DNA of 63,181 nucleotides, filler included, from Octopus bimaculoides (GCF_001194135.2; 3 parts of 3 records of this genome joined end to end with filler, not necessarily neighbours in it); one strand, 5' to 3'. Counted from the whole stretch's first letter, positions 26,224 through 37,270 are shown. The notes: generated by a model from the letters alone, not told the origin. Made by a program: numbers and translations.

Positions 26224-26956
26224 TATGTGTGTGTATATGCATGTGTGTATGTATTTTTGTTGGCATTAATGACATCAGCATTATAACTGTTACCATCATC
26301 ATCCCTACAGCCACCATCATCATTATCACCATGTTTTCTTCTGTATTTTCAATCAAATGCAGGGGATTGTTTAAGGAGACCCTACCCTTCTATCTGAATT
26401 TTTTGGCCATGTGTAAGGAATAATAATAAGTGACTCTCAGTGCCCTGATGAAGTACAAGGCAGTGGTTTTCATGGCTTCTGATCTTAATTGATTGGAAGT
26501 GTTATGTATATGTTTTGTTTTGATGTAAAAGATGGGCCACAGCAAACATTCTGCTCAATACCACAGATTTGCTTGTCAGTTGTTTGACCTTAATCAGTAG
26601 AGCACGTCCCTTCGTGGCTGACAATATGTGCATCGCTGATCACGAGCAGAAGTAGCAGGAGAGCATCATAGTCATGGGTTGAGAGGAATTCTTTGGGGTT
26701 TGAAGAATTCACCTCTGGAAACATGGGTGTATTTCATTCAACATCCTTATGCAACTCTTATTCAGGGACCTTTTGAGCAGGATAAGCTATTCAACCTGAA
26801 GAAAATTTCTAACTGGGCCCCATCTGCAAGGTCATGCATTGTTTATCTTGATATGAGGTTACCATGTTGCACGCATGGTTGTGATGCATGTGCCTGTTGT
26901 ACCCTTGTCAAGTGGGTATTTTGGGCTTTGTATATTTGTACCCCAGTGTCACACTC

Positions 26957-27011
<55 letters not shown>

Positions 27012-27384
27012 ATAATAATAGCAATGGTTTCGTATTTTGGCACAAAACCAGCAAGAGGAAAGGATGTCAATTACATCAACCCCAGTGTTCAACTGGTACT
27101 TATTTTATTGACCCCAAAAGGATGAAAGGAAAAATTATTATTATCATTATTATTATTAAGGCAGTGAGCTGACAGAATTGTTCGCATGCTGGTTGAAATG
27201 CTTAGCGGTATTTCACCTGTTGCTACATTCTGAGTTCAAATTCTGCCAAGGTTGACTTTGCTTTTCATCCTTTTGGGGTTGATAAAATAAGTACCAGTTG
27301 GACACTGGGGTCGATGTAATTGACTCATCTCCATCTACCCCAAGCTGCCCTCATAGCAAAAAATTGAAATAATTATTATTACTG

Positions 27385-27478
<94 letters not shown>

Positions 27479-27892
27479 GGCAGCAAGCTGGCAGAATCAT
27501 TAGCACACTGGACGAAATGCTCAGTGGTATTTCACCTGTTGCTATGTTCTGAGTTAAATTCCGCCTATAATAGAAAGGATTATTATTATCATCATTATCA
27601 TTATGATGATGATCATCATCATCATCGTCGTTTAACGTCCGCTTTCCATGCTAGCATGGGTTGGACGATTTGACTGAGGACTGGTGAAACCGGATGGCAA
27701 CACCAGNNNNNNNNNNNNNNNNNNNNNNNNNNNNNNNNNNNNNNNNNNNNNNNNNNNNNNCTTCCTAACGCCAACCACTCAGAGAGTGTAGTGGGTGCTT
27801 TTACATGTCACCCGCACGAAAACGGCCACGCTCGAAATGGTGTCTTTTATGTGCCACCCGCACAAGCCAGTCCAGGAGCACTGGCAACGATG

Positions 27893-27961
<69 letters not shown>

Positions 27962-27977
27962 ATTGTTGTTATTGTTG

Positions 27978-28018
<41 letters not shown>

Positions 28019-30517
28019 TCTATCTGGCCTGAGTTTCACAAGTTTGTATGAAAACGTACTATCGTTTCTTTCGCCAAGCAGTCCAATTGAGACCTGTACA
28101 AGATATATTAGCCAGGATGTATTGCATTTTCATTTTACAGTTGAAAGCATCCAAGCAAATATGAAATTGTTCATAAACAAGCCACGCCAGTCAGTGTCTC
28201 CCTGTCACATGCCTCTCCACCGCCAGACCAGTTGCTCCAGTATTTGTAGTCAAGCATCAATTCTTGATGAAGCAACAGTTTCTACTATAACCAATGGTAA
28301 GAACCGTTGCATGTGACATTCTACAGTATATCACTGTTTCAGGGATTATGTTGTATAGCTATATATATGTGTGTGTGTGTATGTATGCTGCCTGCTTTAC
28401 TATTTTGTATTGTTTCTCCACCATAAGACCTGTAGATAGATTCCTTCATTAATGTTACCCAGCATGCAACCCCAGTACTGGCACTCCATCGGTTACAATG
28501 AAGAGGGTTCCAGTTCGTCCAATCAACGGAAGAGCCTGTTCATTAAATTAATGTGTAATTGGCTGAGTACGCCACAGACATGTATACTCTTAACATAGTT
28601 CTCCTAACTACCCCTAACAACCAAGCCATACACCTTCACAATCCCAGCACTGCTACAGTACACACATGCCAAATACTCTGTATTCACATATACACACACA
28701 TACACACATGTTGAATACACCATGCTGGCTTCTATACAAACACATGTGTTTCATCATCATTAGACATTCTGGCTCGATTCCCAGATGTCAAGTGGTGGTG
28801 GGAAACAAGCACAGACACACATATGACAGACCTACCAAATCCATTCTGCTTACCAAATCCATTCACAAAGCTTTGGTCAGCCTGAGGCTATAGCTGAAGC
28901 CACTTATCCAAATTTCTACACAATGGGACTGAACCCAGACCCATGTGGTTATGTATCAAGCTTCTTACCACACAGCCACATCTGCACCTACATTTCCTTA
29001 CATTTTTTTTCTTTTATGTTAATTAATCATGTACTTGTCCAATTTAGTTAAGATAATACACCTCATTAAATGTTCTTCATTTATTATTTCCTAGTAACGA
29101 ACCGCTGGTGGGGTAACAAACGACTGGATTATGCCTTATATTGTCCAGAAATTCTACATTCATTCCCCACTAGTGCTTTACCTCAGTTGTTCCACTCCAG
29201 TTTCTGGGAATCAAGTGATGTTGTGTCATTCATTCTCAGACAGGTTAGTAACAATTCTTTATAATGTCACCAATGCTTTTGTTCACCGATTCTTCCTGAA
29301 ATATGCTGTGTCTGTCTATATATCTTCTGTCTTCTATTAAAATGTCATTCACCACTAAGAATATAAACCTTCCCTAGTATTTGACTGGTACTTTATTCTG
29401 TTGAAAGGTGAAAGGCATTCTCGATGTTTGCTGGATTTGAACTCAGAACATAGCATTTTGTGGATCTTTTCACTTTCATCGGCAGATCGAGAAATTAATT
29501 TTTTGTAACTAAACACTTTCAAACTTTGGACACTGGTAGAATGTGTCATATAAAACGTCTTTTACTCTTAGCATTGTTGAGAAAAGTTTCTATTTACGAA
29601 GTTATTTCGTGTTAAAGTTGTCGTAAAGTTGTCATAATTTGAAACAAATATTAAAAAATATATTCTGTGTTGTGACTATCATCACAACAATACCAAATAT
29701 AGTTTTCCATTTATAATATATAATTTATAATGTGGGAGTTCACAACCTTTAATCATGTATCTTTGTTCACTTTTAGGTGTTTTCTCAAGATGTCCTCAAT
29801 GGATCAGAACCAGATGTAGAAATTGGTGCCGTGAAGAAATTTTCACCATCAAAGCCCTGTGAAAAGTGGCTGAAAAGGAGGACCACTATTAAAGTTCGGG
29901 TGAGTTTAGGGACCAGCATCCTCTAAGTCTGTTAACAATTGTTATTGTTGTTGAATGTTGAATCTGGTACTCTGCCAGTTACGGAACTTTCCGCTCATGA
30001 AATTAATGTGCAAATGGCTGAGCATAGTACAGACATGTGTACTTTTAACATAAGTCTCTGGGAGATTCAGCATGACACATAATGTGACAGGGCTAACCAT
30101 TTAAATATTACAAGTACAACACATTTTTGCCAGCTGAGTGGAGCAATGTGAAATAAAGTGTCTTGCTCAAGGACACTATGTTACGCTAGGTTTTGAACTC
30201 ATGACATTATGATCATAAACTGAATGCACACCACTAAGCCATGGCTTGGATTGTTGTTGTTGTTTGGGTCCAGATCGACACTGATCCCACCAGTGTATAA
30301 TTAGACACTATGTCATTAAGTGTATTTCCCTGGGTGAAATTCTGCAGCCTTAAAGCATTTAAACAACACACATTAAGCATATGACATTGATAACATTTAC
30401 ATCATTAGAGTAGCTTATAAATCAAAAATTAATCCTTACATCATATCCCAGCCCAACTACACAAACATCTCAACTCTTTGTATTTCCTGCCTTCTCAGTC
30501 TTCTGCATAGGTCTCCA

Positions 30518-30589
<72 letters not shown>

Positions 30590-33500
30590 ATAGATTGATA
30601 GCCACTACACATTCTTTTTTCTCTCCTTGTTTCTTTCTGTGGAAGAGCGTAGGCTCGAAACGTTAAAGACTTTTTCACTTCCAAAACATTATACTAATAC
30701 TGTTTGTTGTCTACACCACCTGTCTTCCTCTGTTGTTTTTTGTGAATTCTCCCTATATATATATATATATATATCATACATACTGTTTTTATTCTTTACA
30801 GAATCTACAGCCCAACCATCGAGCTAATGATGTATTGGTCCTTGAGGATGTGGAACAAGTATTGACTGCCAAATTTTCATATGGACCCCTAGACATGATC
30901 TCACTATCTGGAGAGAAGGTAGAGTATTGAACACTGTTGGGTGTACTGCACGTGTGCATGCATGTGCATAAGACTGTGCATGTATCTGGATTGTATGACT
31001 GTGTATGTGGAATGTGAGGAGGAGAGGAATTCAAATTCTGGCTTTGTTCTGTCAAAAGAATGACTCTTGCAGGACTTGAACTCAGATGATAGAAATGCTA
31101 TTGACAACTGTTTGACATCTATGTTGGCATGGCTGGGATGGTTTTATTTGTTGGAGAAACTATGTTCACAGCTGAATGATGTGGCTGTGAGGTAAGAAGT
31201 TTTCTTCCCAACCACATAGTTGTGGGTTCAGTGCTTCTGTGTGGTGCCTTGGGTAAGTATTTTCTACGACAGCTTCAGGACAATCAAAGCTTTGTGAGTG
31301 GGTTTGGTAGATGAAAACTTGTTGTATATATATATATATGCGTGTGTGTGTGTGTATGTCTTTGTGCTTGTCTCCCACCACCACTTGACACCTGGTGTTG
31401 GTGTGTTTATGTCCCTGTAACATAGTGGCTCGAGAAAAGAGGTCAATGAAATAGTACCAGACTAAAAAGAAAAACGTACTGGGTTTGGTTTGTTTGAATA
31501 AACCCTGCAATTTGACGCCCTAGAATGGTTGCATTCCAATCACTGAAATAAGTAAAAGATAAGAAAAAATGTCCCTAAGTAAGGAACATAACACAATGCA
31601 GCTCTAGAGATAGTAATGAAGTTTGAACAGATGACCATGTGATGTGGTCAGTAATCCACGACTTTGCCCTGAGCTGCAGCACAATGGCTGCAATGGTGTG
31701 ATGAGTATGTGTATTCACAGACTGTCAGGTGAGAATTTCAGTATTTCTACATAGGCCTTTCAGCAGAAGTTTTCATTTCTTCCACTAAAGATTCATGTAA
31801 TCTTACCATTCTAACTCTCCATGGAACACAAATTCATTAAATCTAAAAAAAAATTTTTTTTTAGATTTTTAACTGGAGAATTATTTAAGAATTTTGTTGT
31901 TGTAGTTTGAATAAATAAATAAAAAAAAACATAAGCTGCATGTGTTTTACCCTTTGACATTCAAATTATTTTGTCAACTGTAATGCTTATTTATTAATTA
32001 TTTTTTTTAATTAATCACACATTCTCATAGCTTTGAGATTTCGATGATATGATTGTGTTGTGGGTGTCTGGCCAGTGTAACAGTTATTTAGATCTGAATT
32101 GACCAGTTTAAATGCTAAAGATTTATAGAAGAATGATGAAATATAATGTAGTCCTAGGAAATTGTATAGACTGAAGAAAAATAAGCACTGGGGTCAATTT
32201 GTTCCACTAAAGCCCTTCAAGGCTGTGCCCCCAGCGTGGCTGCAGTTTGATGACTGAAACATGGAAAAGACAAAACATAAATCTTGATGTTCTCTTATTT
32301 ATTCATTTATTTATTCATTTATCCATCTATTTATTCATTTGCTTGTTTTCTTTCTTTGCTTTACTTTCAGGTTGATATTTATGTAATGACGGTGCCGCCA
32401 TCTGGGGATTGGGATCACCTTGGTCATGAACTGACAGACAACCATGGACGCTTGACTTACACCATTCCAAAAGAGAAAAGGATCACACAAGGGATTTATC
32501 CCATTAAAATGATTGTCAGGTATTGGGCTCATTTCCCCTTTTTTGCTGTTGTTGTTTCATCTCAGGTCAACCATGGGTGAACAGATCTATGATATAAGAT
32601 ATCCAGTTTAATACACCAGCAATTATTCACCATATATATTTTTTACATTTTAAAGACCATACATATATATATTTACAAATTTTGAAGCTATTATTGGTAG
32701 CTGAAATAGCTCAGTTGAACTGAAGTTCTAAAGATCCCTGGTTCAGTCCAAGACTTCGATGTGATGAGAATTTGTTTGTTTCTTGGAATTATTTTGAACT
32801 GAAATTTCTATAGTTTGACTTATTTAGGGAGGAGGGGTGACAGAGGGGAAGTATTTTAGTGACATATATAATATTGATTTTAAATTTGGGGGGAGGGGTA
32901 AGTTGATTACGTCAACCTCCAGTGTTGAGCTGGTACTGATTTTATCAACCCCGAAAAGATGAAGGACAAAGACAACCTTGGTGGAATTTGAACTCAGAAC
33001 ATAAAATCAGAAGAAATGCTACTAAATATTTGTCCACCACACTAATGATTCTGCCAGTTTGCTGTCTTACTCTCTCTCTCTCTCTCTCTCTACATACCAG
33101 TGGCACATAAAAAGCACCGTTCAAGCATTGGGCCTCAAGGAGGTAGTGACAGGTAACCGAGACCTATAGCGATATACTGTGCTTGTCAAGCAAGTGAGAT
33201 CGTAGTTGTGGCTGGTGTCACATCGATGGCTCCCATGCTGGTGGCACATAAAAAGCACCCATTACACACTTGGAATGCTTGGCACTAGGAAGGGCATCCA
33301 GCCATAGAAATCATGCCAAATCAAATTGAGACCTAGTGCAGCTCCCCAACTTTCCAGTTTTCAATCAAACTATCCAACTCACGCTAGCATGGAAGCAGAC
33401 ATTAAATAATGATGATATATATAAGGTTATACATATAATATTGTCATGAAATCACCATTATAATATAACATCTAATATAACATCGATTCCAGGCAGTGAC

Positions 33501-35936
33501 TTGAATAATAATAATAATAATAATAATAAAAACATCGAAAAATACCTCAGGAATGAGAACCCAGGTTCAAAATTTTCCCAAGACACCTGATGAAGGCTGG
33601 AGGGTATATCAGCCGAAATGTTGTGTTAACAACAAACAAGATGAGGACAAATATCTGTCAAATGTAAATAATGTACATAATCCCTCATCTCTTAAATATA
33701 GGACTGTATCCCAATAGATGTTAAAAATTAGTTGATTGTATTTTCTGGAGAGAAATCTGGTCGGAAAATAGTTAAATATATTTCCTGACTCATGTATTTT
33801 GAATACACTTTCTATATAATCTTTTTTGGTTTTCTTTCCAACAGAGGTGACCATTCCACTGTGGACTTTCATTTAGCAGTACTACCCCCAAAGACTGAAG
33901 CAGTCGTTTTCAGTATTGATGGCTCATTCACTGCAAGTATGTCCATTATGGGCAAAGACCCGAAAGTTCGAGCCGGAGCAGTTGATGTTGTTCGGTTTGT
34001 ATCTTCTCTTCACTTTATGCTCTATCATTTAGTAGAATGCTTATAGGTGCATCATCTCCAGTACAATCGTACATATAATATGTATAATTATTAAGTAATT
34101 TTCAGAAAGACTTTCAAATATATATGTATATTTCACCTGAGCGTGACTGTTGCCAGTACCGCCTGACTGGCCTTGTAGGGTTTTCGAGCGAGATCGTTGC
34201 CAGCGCCCCTGGACTGGCTCTTGTGCGGGTGGCACATAAAAGACACCATTTCGAGCGTGGCTGTTTTCGTGCGGGTGACACGTAAAAGCACCCACTACAC
34301 TCTCTGAGTGGTTGGCGTTAGGAAGGGCATCCAGCTGTAGAAACTCTGCCAAATTAGATTGGAGCCTGGTGTAGCCATCCGGTTTCACCAGTCCTCAGTC
34401 AAATCGTCCAACCCATGCTAGCATGGAAGGCGGACGTTAAACGATGATGATGATGATGATGATTTCTAGGTTTTATTGCAAATAAAATTTATGTATTCAT
34501 TACACACTGCACAGTGAGATATTTAACAGTATAAATGTTTTTACATCTTGACTTGAAGTGTCATATTCAGAAAAATCTCTAGATAATCATCAGACACAAT
34601 CATTTGGCATAAATATCCACGCAATTTATTCTGAATTATTTTCTCAATGGTGGTTAGAGTTTCAGGTTTTGTATAATAGGAATAGAGGGGCATAACTCAT
34701 TGTGTATTGATATTGTTTGTTAGTGGAGAGTTGTTTTGCTTGGGTTGGCTCAAAATGATATATGGTTGGTAACTTCTGGAATGTGGTTGGAAAGGAGGGA
34801 GAAAACCGCTCTAGGGTAAAAGAAGGGGAATGAATAGGGAAAAAGTTAATGAGTTGAAGTTATGCGTGAATAAGTATACTGCCATACAGTATAGTGAGTT
34901 GACAGTTGAGACTGATGTCATATTAACAAAGTTAGGAATTTCTCATAGTTGGTTAAAATCTATTGGGGGAATGGAGAGCAAGAAAAATTACCTGGTAAAT
35001 AATTAAATATTAATCCAGATTTGGCCTTTCACACCTACCCTACAATGTCCTTCTAAAAATAAACAATCACATCATCAAAATCTTGAAGCTATGAGATAAT
35101 ATAGGATTAATTGAAAACAATGTGAATAAATAACCATTGCATTTCACAGTCATCGGAACACTAAAGAGCTAAATATCTCCCTGTTCTATTAAATACCTCC
35201 CCATTCTTTTAAACATCTCCTTGTTCTATTAAACATATCCCTGTTCTATTAAATACCTCCCCATTCTTTTCAACATCTCCTTGTTCTATTAAACATATCC
35301 NNNNNNNNNNCATCTCCTTGTTCTATTAAACATATCCCTGTTCTATTAAATACCTCCCCATTCTTTTCAACATCTCCTTGTTCTATTAAACATATCCCTG
35401 TTCTATTAAATATCTCCCCATTCTTTTAAACATCTCCTTGTTCTATTAAACATATCCCTGTTCTATTAAATATCTCCTTGTTCTATGAAAGGTCCTCCTG
35501 ATTCTATTAAACATCTCTCTATTCTATTAAATATTTTCCTCTTCTATTAAACATCTTTTTATTCCATTAAACATCTTTTTGTTGTATTAAATATCTCCTT
35601 GTTCTATGAAATATCTCCCTGTTCTATTAAAAGTACTCCTGGTTCTATTAATAATCTCTTTATTGTTTTATTTGCAGCTATTGGCAAAACCTTGGTTACC
35701 TAATACTCTATGTCACTGCTCGTCCTGACATGCAACATAGGAAGGTTGTATCATGGCTGGCGCAGCACAATTTCCCCCATGGAATGGTAGGGTTCATGGA
35801 TGGATTGTCTAAAGATCCCTTAAGACAGAAGCTCAACTTCCTCAAAACGTTTAAAGAAGATGTGAGTATGCATAAATGTAATTAGTTTAATCACTAGTTG
35901 CCATGTGGTGGAAGGGGACAAATACACACACGCATG

Positions 35937-35990
<54 letters not shown>

Positions 35991-36352
35991 CAGACAGACA
36001 GATATACAACAGGTTTCNNNNNNNNNNGTTTCTGTCTACCAGATCCACTCACAAGGAACTGAACCCGGAACCATGTGGTTGGTAAGCAAGCTACTTACCA
36101 CGCAGCCACTCCTACGCACGTTGACAATCTTTACTAAATTTCTTTGCTTTGTTTTAATTCCTTCGTTCATTACTAGTTTTTCATGCATTTTACCATTACC
36201 TTCCTTCAAATTCTGTCTTTCAGACACAGTTGCTGTTCAGGGCAGCATATGGCTCAGCCAAAGATATTGGTATTTACAAAGACCTAGAAATTTCCCAACA
36301 ACAGATATTTATTGTGGGCAAAGTCTCTAAGAAGCATTACAGTCAGGCTCAG
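23887..36352 (+). CDS. PITPNM: Partial multi-exon gene: membrane-associated phosphatidylinositol transfer protein (PITPNM/Nir2/rdgB class IIA), DDHD + LNS2 regions; 5' PITP exons and terminal exon not found
   Basis: Ten GT-AG exons splice into one open frame of 1833 nt (611 codons). Family motifs recognised: [181 protein letters not shown]. Confidence 0.95.
24470..24700 (-). mobile_element. SINE family B, minus strand, internally deleted
   Basis: Reverse complement of tail and head segments. Confidence 0.75.
24808..25226 (+). mobile_element. tRNA-derived SINE family B, full length, with internal (TA/TG)n
   Basis: ggcgcaggagtggctgtg...gcaccttgggcaagcgtcttctactatagcctcgggccgacc...aacttagcggttc-type core...cagcatggccgcagtcaaatgactgaaacaag tail. 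Confidence 0.85.
25475..25645 (+). CDS. PITPNM: PITPNM exon B ([20 protein letters not shown]...EPVHV), phase 1 to 1
   Basis: cttaccacag|TACC acceptor and GTAG|gtacgt donor; 171 nt. Confidence 0.92.
   Translation, partial: YHQSDPPATNCTIYSTPMIPQLSDWNLSYMTTSSLFHQSRYLDTANSPLVSRNLYM
25997..26146. repeat. Perfect 70-bp-arm palindrome with 10-nt spacer
   Basis: 25997-26066 is the exact reverse complement of 26077-26146; spacer aaagatcaaa. Confidence 0.9.
27040..27570. mobile_element. SINE family A cluster: minus fragment (27066-27127), plus copy (27160-27350), plus head (27478-27570)
   Basis: Matches to family A with heavy CpG to TpG/CpA change. Confidence 0.8.
27360..28020. repeat. (ATT)n / (GTT)n / (CAT)n microsatellite cluster
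   Basis: Direct reading. Similar (AT)n, (GT)n, (TAGA)n, (TACA)n and (GA)n tracts occur throughout and flank most N gaps. Confidence 0.95.
27615..27892 (+). mobile_element. Young interspersed repeat family D ((CAT)n-ended, probably a LINE-tail derivative)
   Basis: About 95% identical by eye to the reverse complement of about 34195-34463. Confidence 0.8.
28141..28296 (+). CDS. PITPNM: PITPNM exon C ([11 protein letters not shown]...TVSTITN), phase 1 to 1
   Basis: cattttacag|TTG acceptor and AATG|gtaaga donor; 156 nt; frame-compatible, occupying the poorly conserved DDHD insert. Confidence 0.8.
28735..28990 (-). mobile_element. SINE family B (CpG-decayed)
   Basis: accaaatccattcacaaagctttggtc...gggactgaaccc...cttaccacacagccac. 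Confidence 0.7.
29095..29243 (+). CDS. PITPNM: PITPNM exon D ([19 protein letters not shown]...FILRQ), phase 1 to 0
   Basis: tttcctag|TAAC acceptor and CAG|gttagt donor; 149 nt; end of the DDHD domain. Confidence 0.95.
29777..29899 (+). CDS. PITPNM: PITPNM exon E (VFSQDV...[16 protein letters not shown]), phase 0 to 0
   Basis: cacttttag|GTG acceptor and CGG|gtgagt donor; 123 nt; P.EKW.+RT.+K motif. Confidence 0.92.
29965..30245 (-). mobile_element. SINE related to family C (decayed); body fragment also at about 28476-28605
   Basis: Reverse complement of head and core (gcaatgtgaaataaagtgtcttgctcaa); aattaatgtg..tggctgag..cagacatgt shared with the 28476 fragment. Confidence 0.65.
30632..30669 (+). 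ncRNA. Hammerhead-like motif with non-canonical core, in a (TA)n-flanked repeat spanning about 30600-30755
   Basis: UCUUU-CUGUGGAA-GAGC-gtag-GCUC-GAAA-CG-UU-AAAGA; second copy of the same repeat at about 17021-17145. Confidence 0.5.
30802..30918 (+). CDS. PITPNM: PITPNM exon F ([11 protein letters not shown]...DMISLSGEK), phase 0 to 0
   Basis: ctttacag|AAT acceptor and AAG|gtagag donor; 117 nt. Confidence 0.95.
31175..31562 (+). mobile_element. SINE family B (CpG-decayed), full length
   Basis: Head, internal (TA/TG)n, core and tail present. Confidence 0.75.
32371..32519 (+). CDS. PITPNM: PITPNM exon G ([14 protein letters not shown]...YPIKMIV), phase 0 to 2
   Basis: tactttcag|GTT acceptor and GTCAG|gtattg donor; 149 nt. 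Confidence 0.95.
32700..32761 (+). pseudogene. tRNA-Phe(GAA) pseudogene with 11-nt D-arm deletion, intronic
   Basis: GCTGAAATAGCTCAGTTG[deletion of GGAGAGCGTTA]AACTGAAGTTCTAAAGATCCCTGGTTCAGTCCAAGACTTCGATG aligns end to end with conserved metazoan tRNA-Phe; GAA anticodon retained. Confidence 0.8.
32870..33068 (-). mobile_element. SINE family A (CpG-decayed)
   Basis: Reverse complement of core and head. Confidence 0.7.
33095..33412 (-). mobile_element. Older family D-related repeat
   Basis: ggcacataaaaagcacc subrepeats; ggaagggcatccagcc; gctagcatggaagcagacattaaa tail. Confidence 0.65.
33583..33626 (+). ncRNA. Minimal type I hammerhead motif (one CpG-type mutation) in a short repeat spanning about 33480-33710
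   Basis: ACAC-CUGAUGA-A-GGCUG-(gagggtatat)-CAGCC-GAAA-UG-UU-GUGU: stems I and II are Watson-Crick; stem III is AUGU where ACGU is expected. Confidence 0.65.
33845..33994 (+). CDS. PITPNM: PITPNM exon H (RGDHSTVDF...FSIDGSF...AVDVV), phase 2 to 2; start of LNS2
   Basis: ttccaacag|AGGT acceptor and TTCG|gtttgt donor; 150 nt. Confidence 0.95.
34138..34463 (-). mobile_element. Young interspersed repeat family D, opposite orientation
   Basis: Reverse complement of 27615-27892; ends in (GAT)n. Confidence 0.8.
35175..35655. repeat. Minisatellite: 60-bp higher-order unit built from three 20-bp subunits
   Basis: aaacatctccttgttctatt-aaacatatccctgttctatt-aaatacctccccattctttt repeated, decaying to 20-bp monomers toward exon I. 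Confidence 0.85.
35678..35861 (+). CDS. PITPNM: PITPNM exon I ([20 protein letters not shown]...FKED), phase 2 to 0
   Basis: tatttgcag|CTAT acceptor and GAT|gtgagt donor; 184 nt. Confidence 0.95.
36224..36352 (+). CDS. PITPNM: PITPNM exon J ([15 protein letters not shown]...KKHYSQAQ), phase 0 to 0
   Basis: tctttcag|ACA acceptor (alternative in-frame CAG 6 nt downstream) and CAG|gtaagg donor; 129 nt; no stop codon, so at least one further exon is required. Confidence 0.9.
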
Positions 36353-36819
36353 GTAAGGTATCCTAATGTAGCTTTTCAGGTGACCGTTCTTGATTTATGT
36401 ATTTCAGATCTGATAGAATATATATATATTTTCTGCTGTATCCTGTAGAGCAAGGATCCCTGACCACCAGACTGCAGGCCTGTATCAGGCCATGGATCAT
36501 TTGGCTTAATTTCAGATAGCTGTGTGAAGCTGCTGGAGACTATCGTCAGTCCCTGATTGGAAGGGCATTTGTGTGGCAGCTGGATCATATTGCAGTCTCC
36601 TGGGTGTTTTACATTATATATATATATATTATCTTTACAATATATTTGTAATAATTAATTTATATATTATGGCCTCTCTGAGGAGACAAGAAGGGACTGA
36701 GACCTCCGGTCACTTGCTGTGCTTGAAAAGACACATCGGACTCAGAAGACATACATACAGGCATGTCCTTTACAGTCATGCACCTGCTCTCCTTCTCAGC
36801 TAAGAGGTCCGTGTCTTGC

Positions 36820-37215
36820 AGGCTCACGGGTGCTGGTGCCATGTAAAAAGCATTCATGCCAGTGCCACATGGGAGAGCACTTATGCTGGTGCCATGTAAA
36901 AAGTAATTGTGCCAGTGTCAGGTAGAAAAGCACCCATGGCGGTGCCACATAAGAAGCAGCCATGCCAGTACCATGTAAAAAGCACCCTTGCCAGTGCCAC
37001 ATGGGGAAGCACCCATGCTGGTGTCGTATATACATTACCTGTGCTGGTTCCACATATAAAGCACCCAGTACTCTCTGTAAAGTGGTTGGTGTTAGGAAGT
37101 GCATCCAGTTGTAGAAACCATGCCAAAACAGACAATTGGAGCCTGGGCAGCTCTCTTGCTTGCCAGCGCCTGTCAGATGGTCCAACCCATACCAACATGG
37201 AAAATGAATGTTAAA
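36820..37215 (-). mobile_element. Older family D-related repeat with expanded internal subrepeats
   Basis: Multiple gtgccatgtaaaaagcac / tgccagtgccacatggg units. Confidence 0.65.
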
Positions 37216-37218
37216 TTA

Positions 37219-37270
<52 letters not shown>

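Noticed and set aside
26445-26452. CTGATGAA at the start of an unclassified intronic segment
   Set aside because: No downstream GAAA at suitable spacing; likewise 52453-52461 and 52793-52800 are only half-motifs.
34558-34597. Minus-strand GUGU-CUGAUGA...GAAUAUG-ACAC hammerhead look-alike
   Set aside because: Lacks A15.1-U16.1 and a valid H17; stem II is poor.
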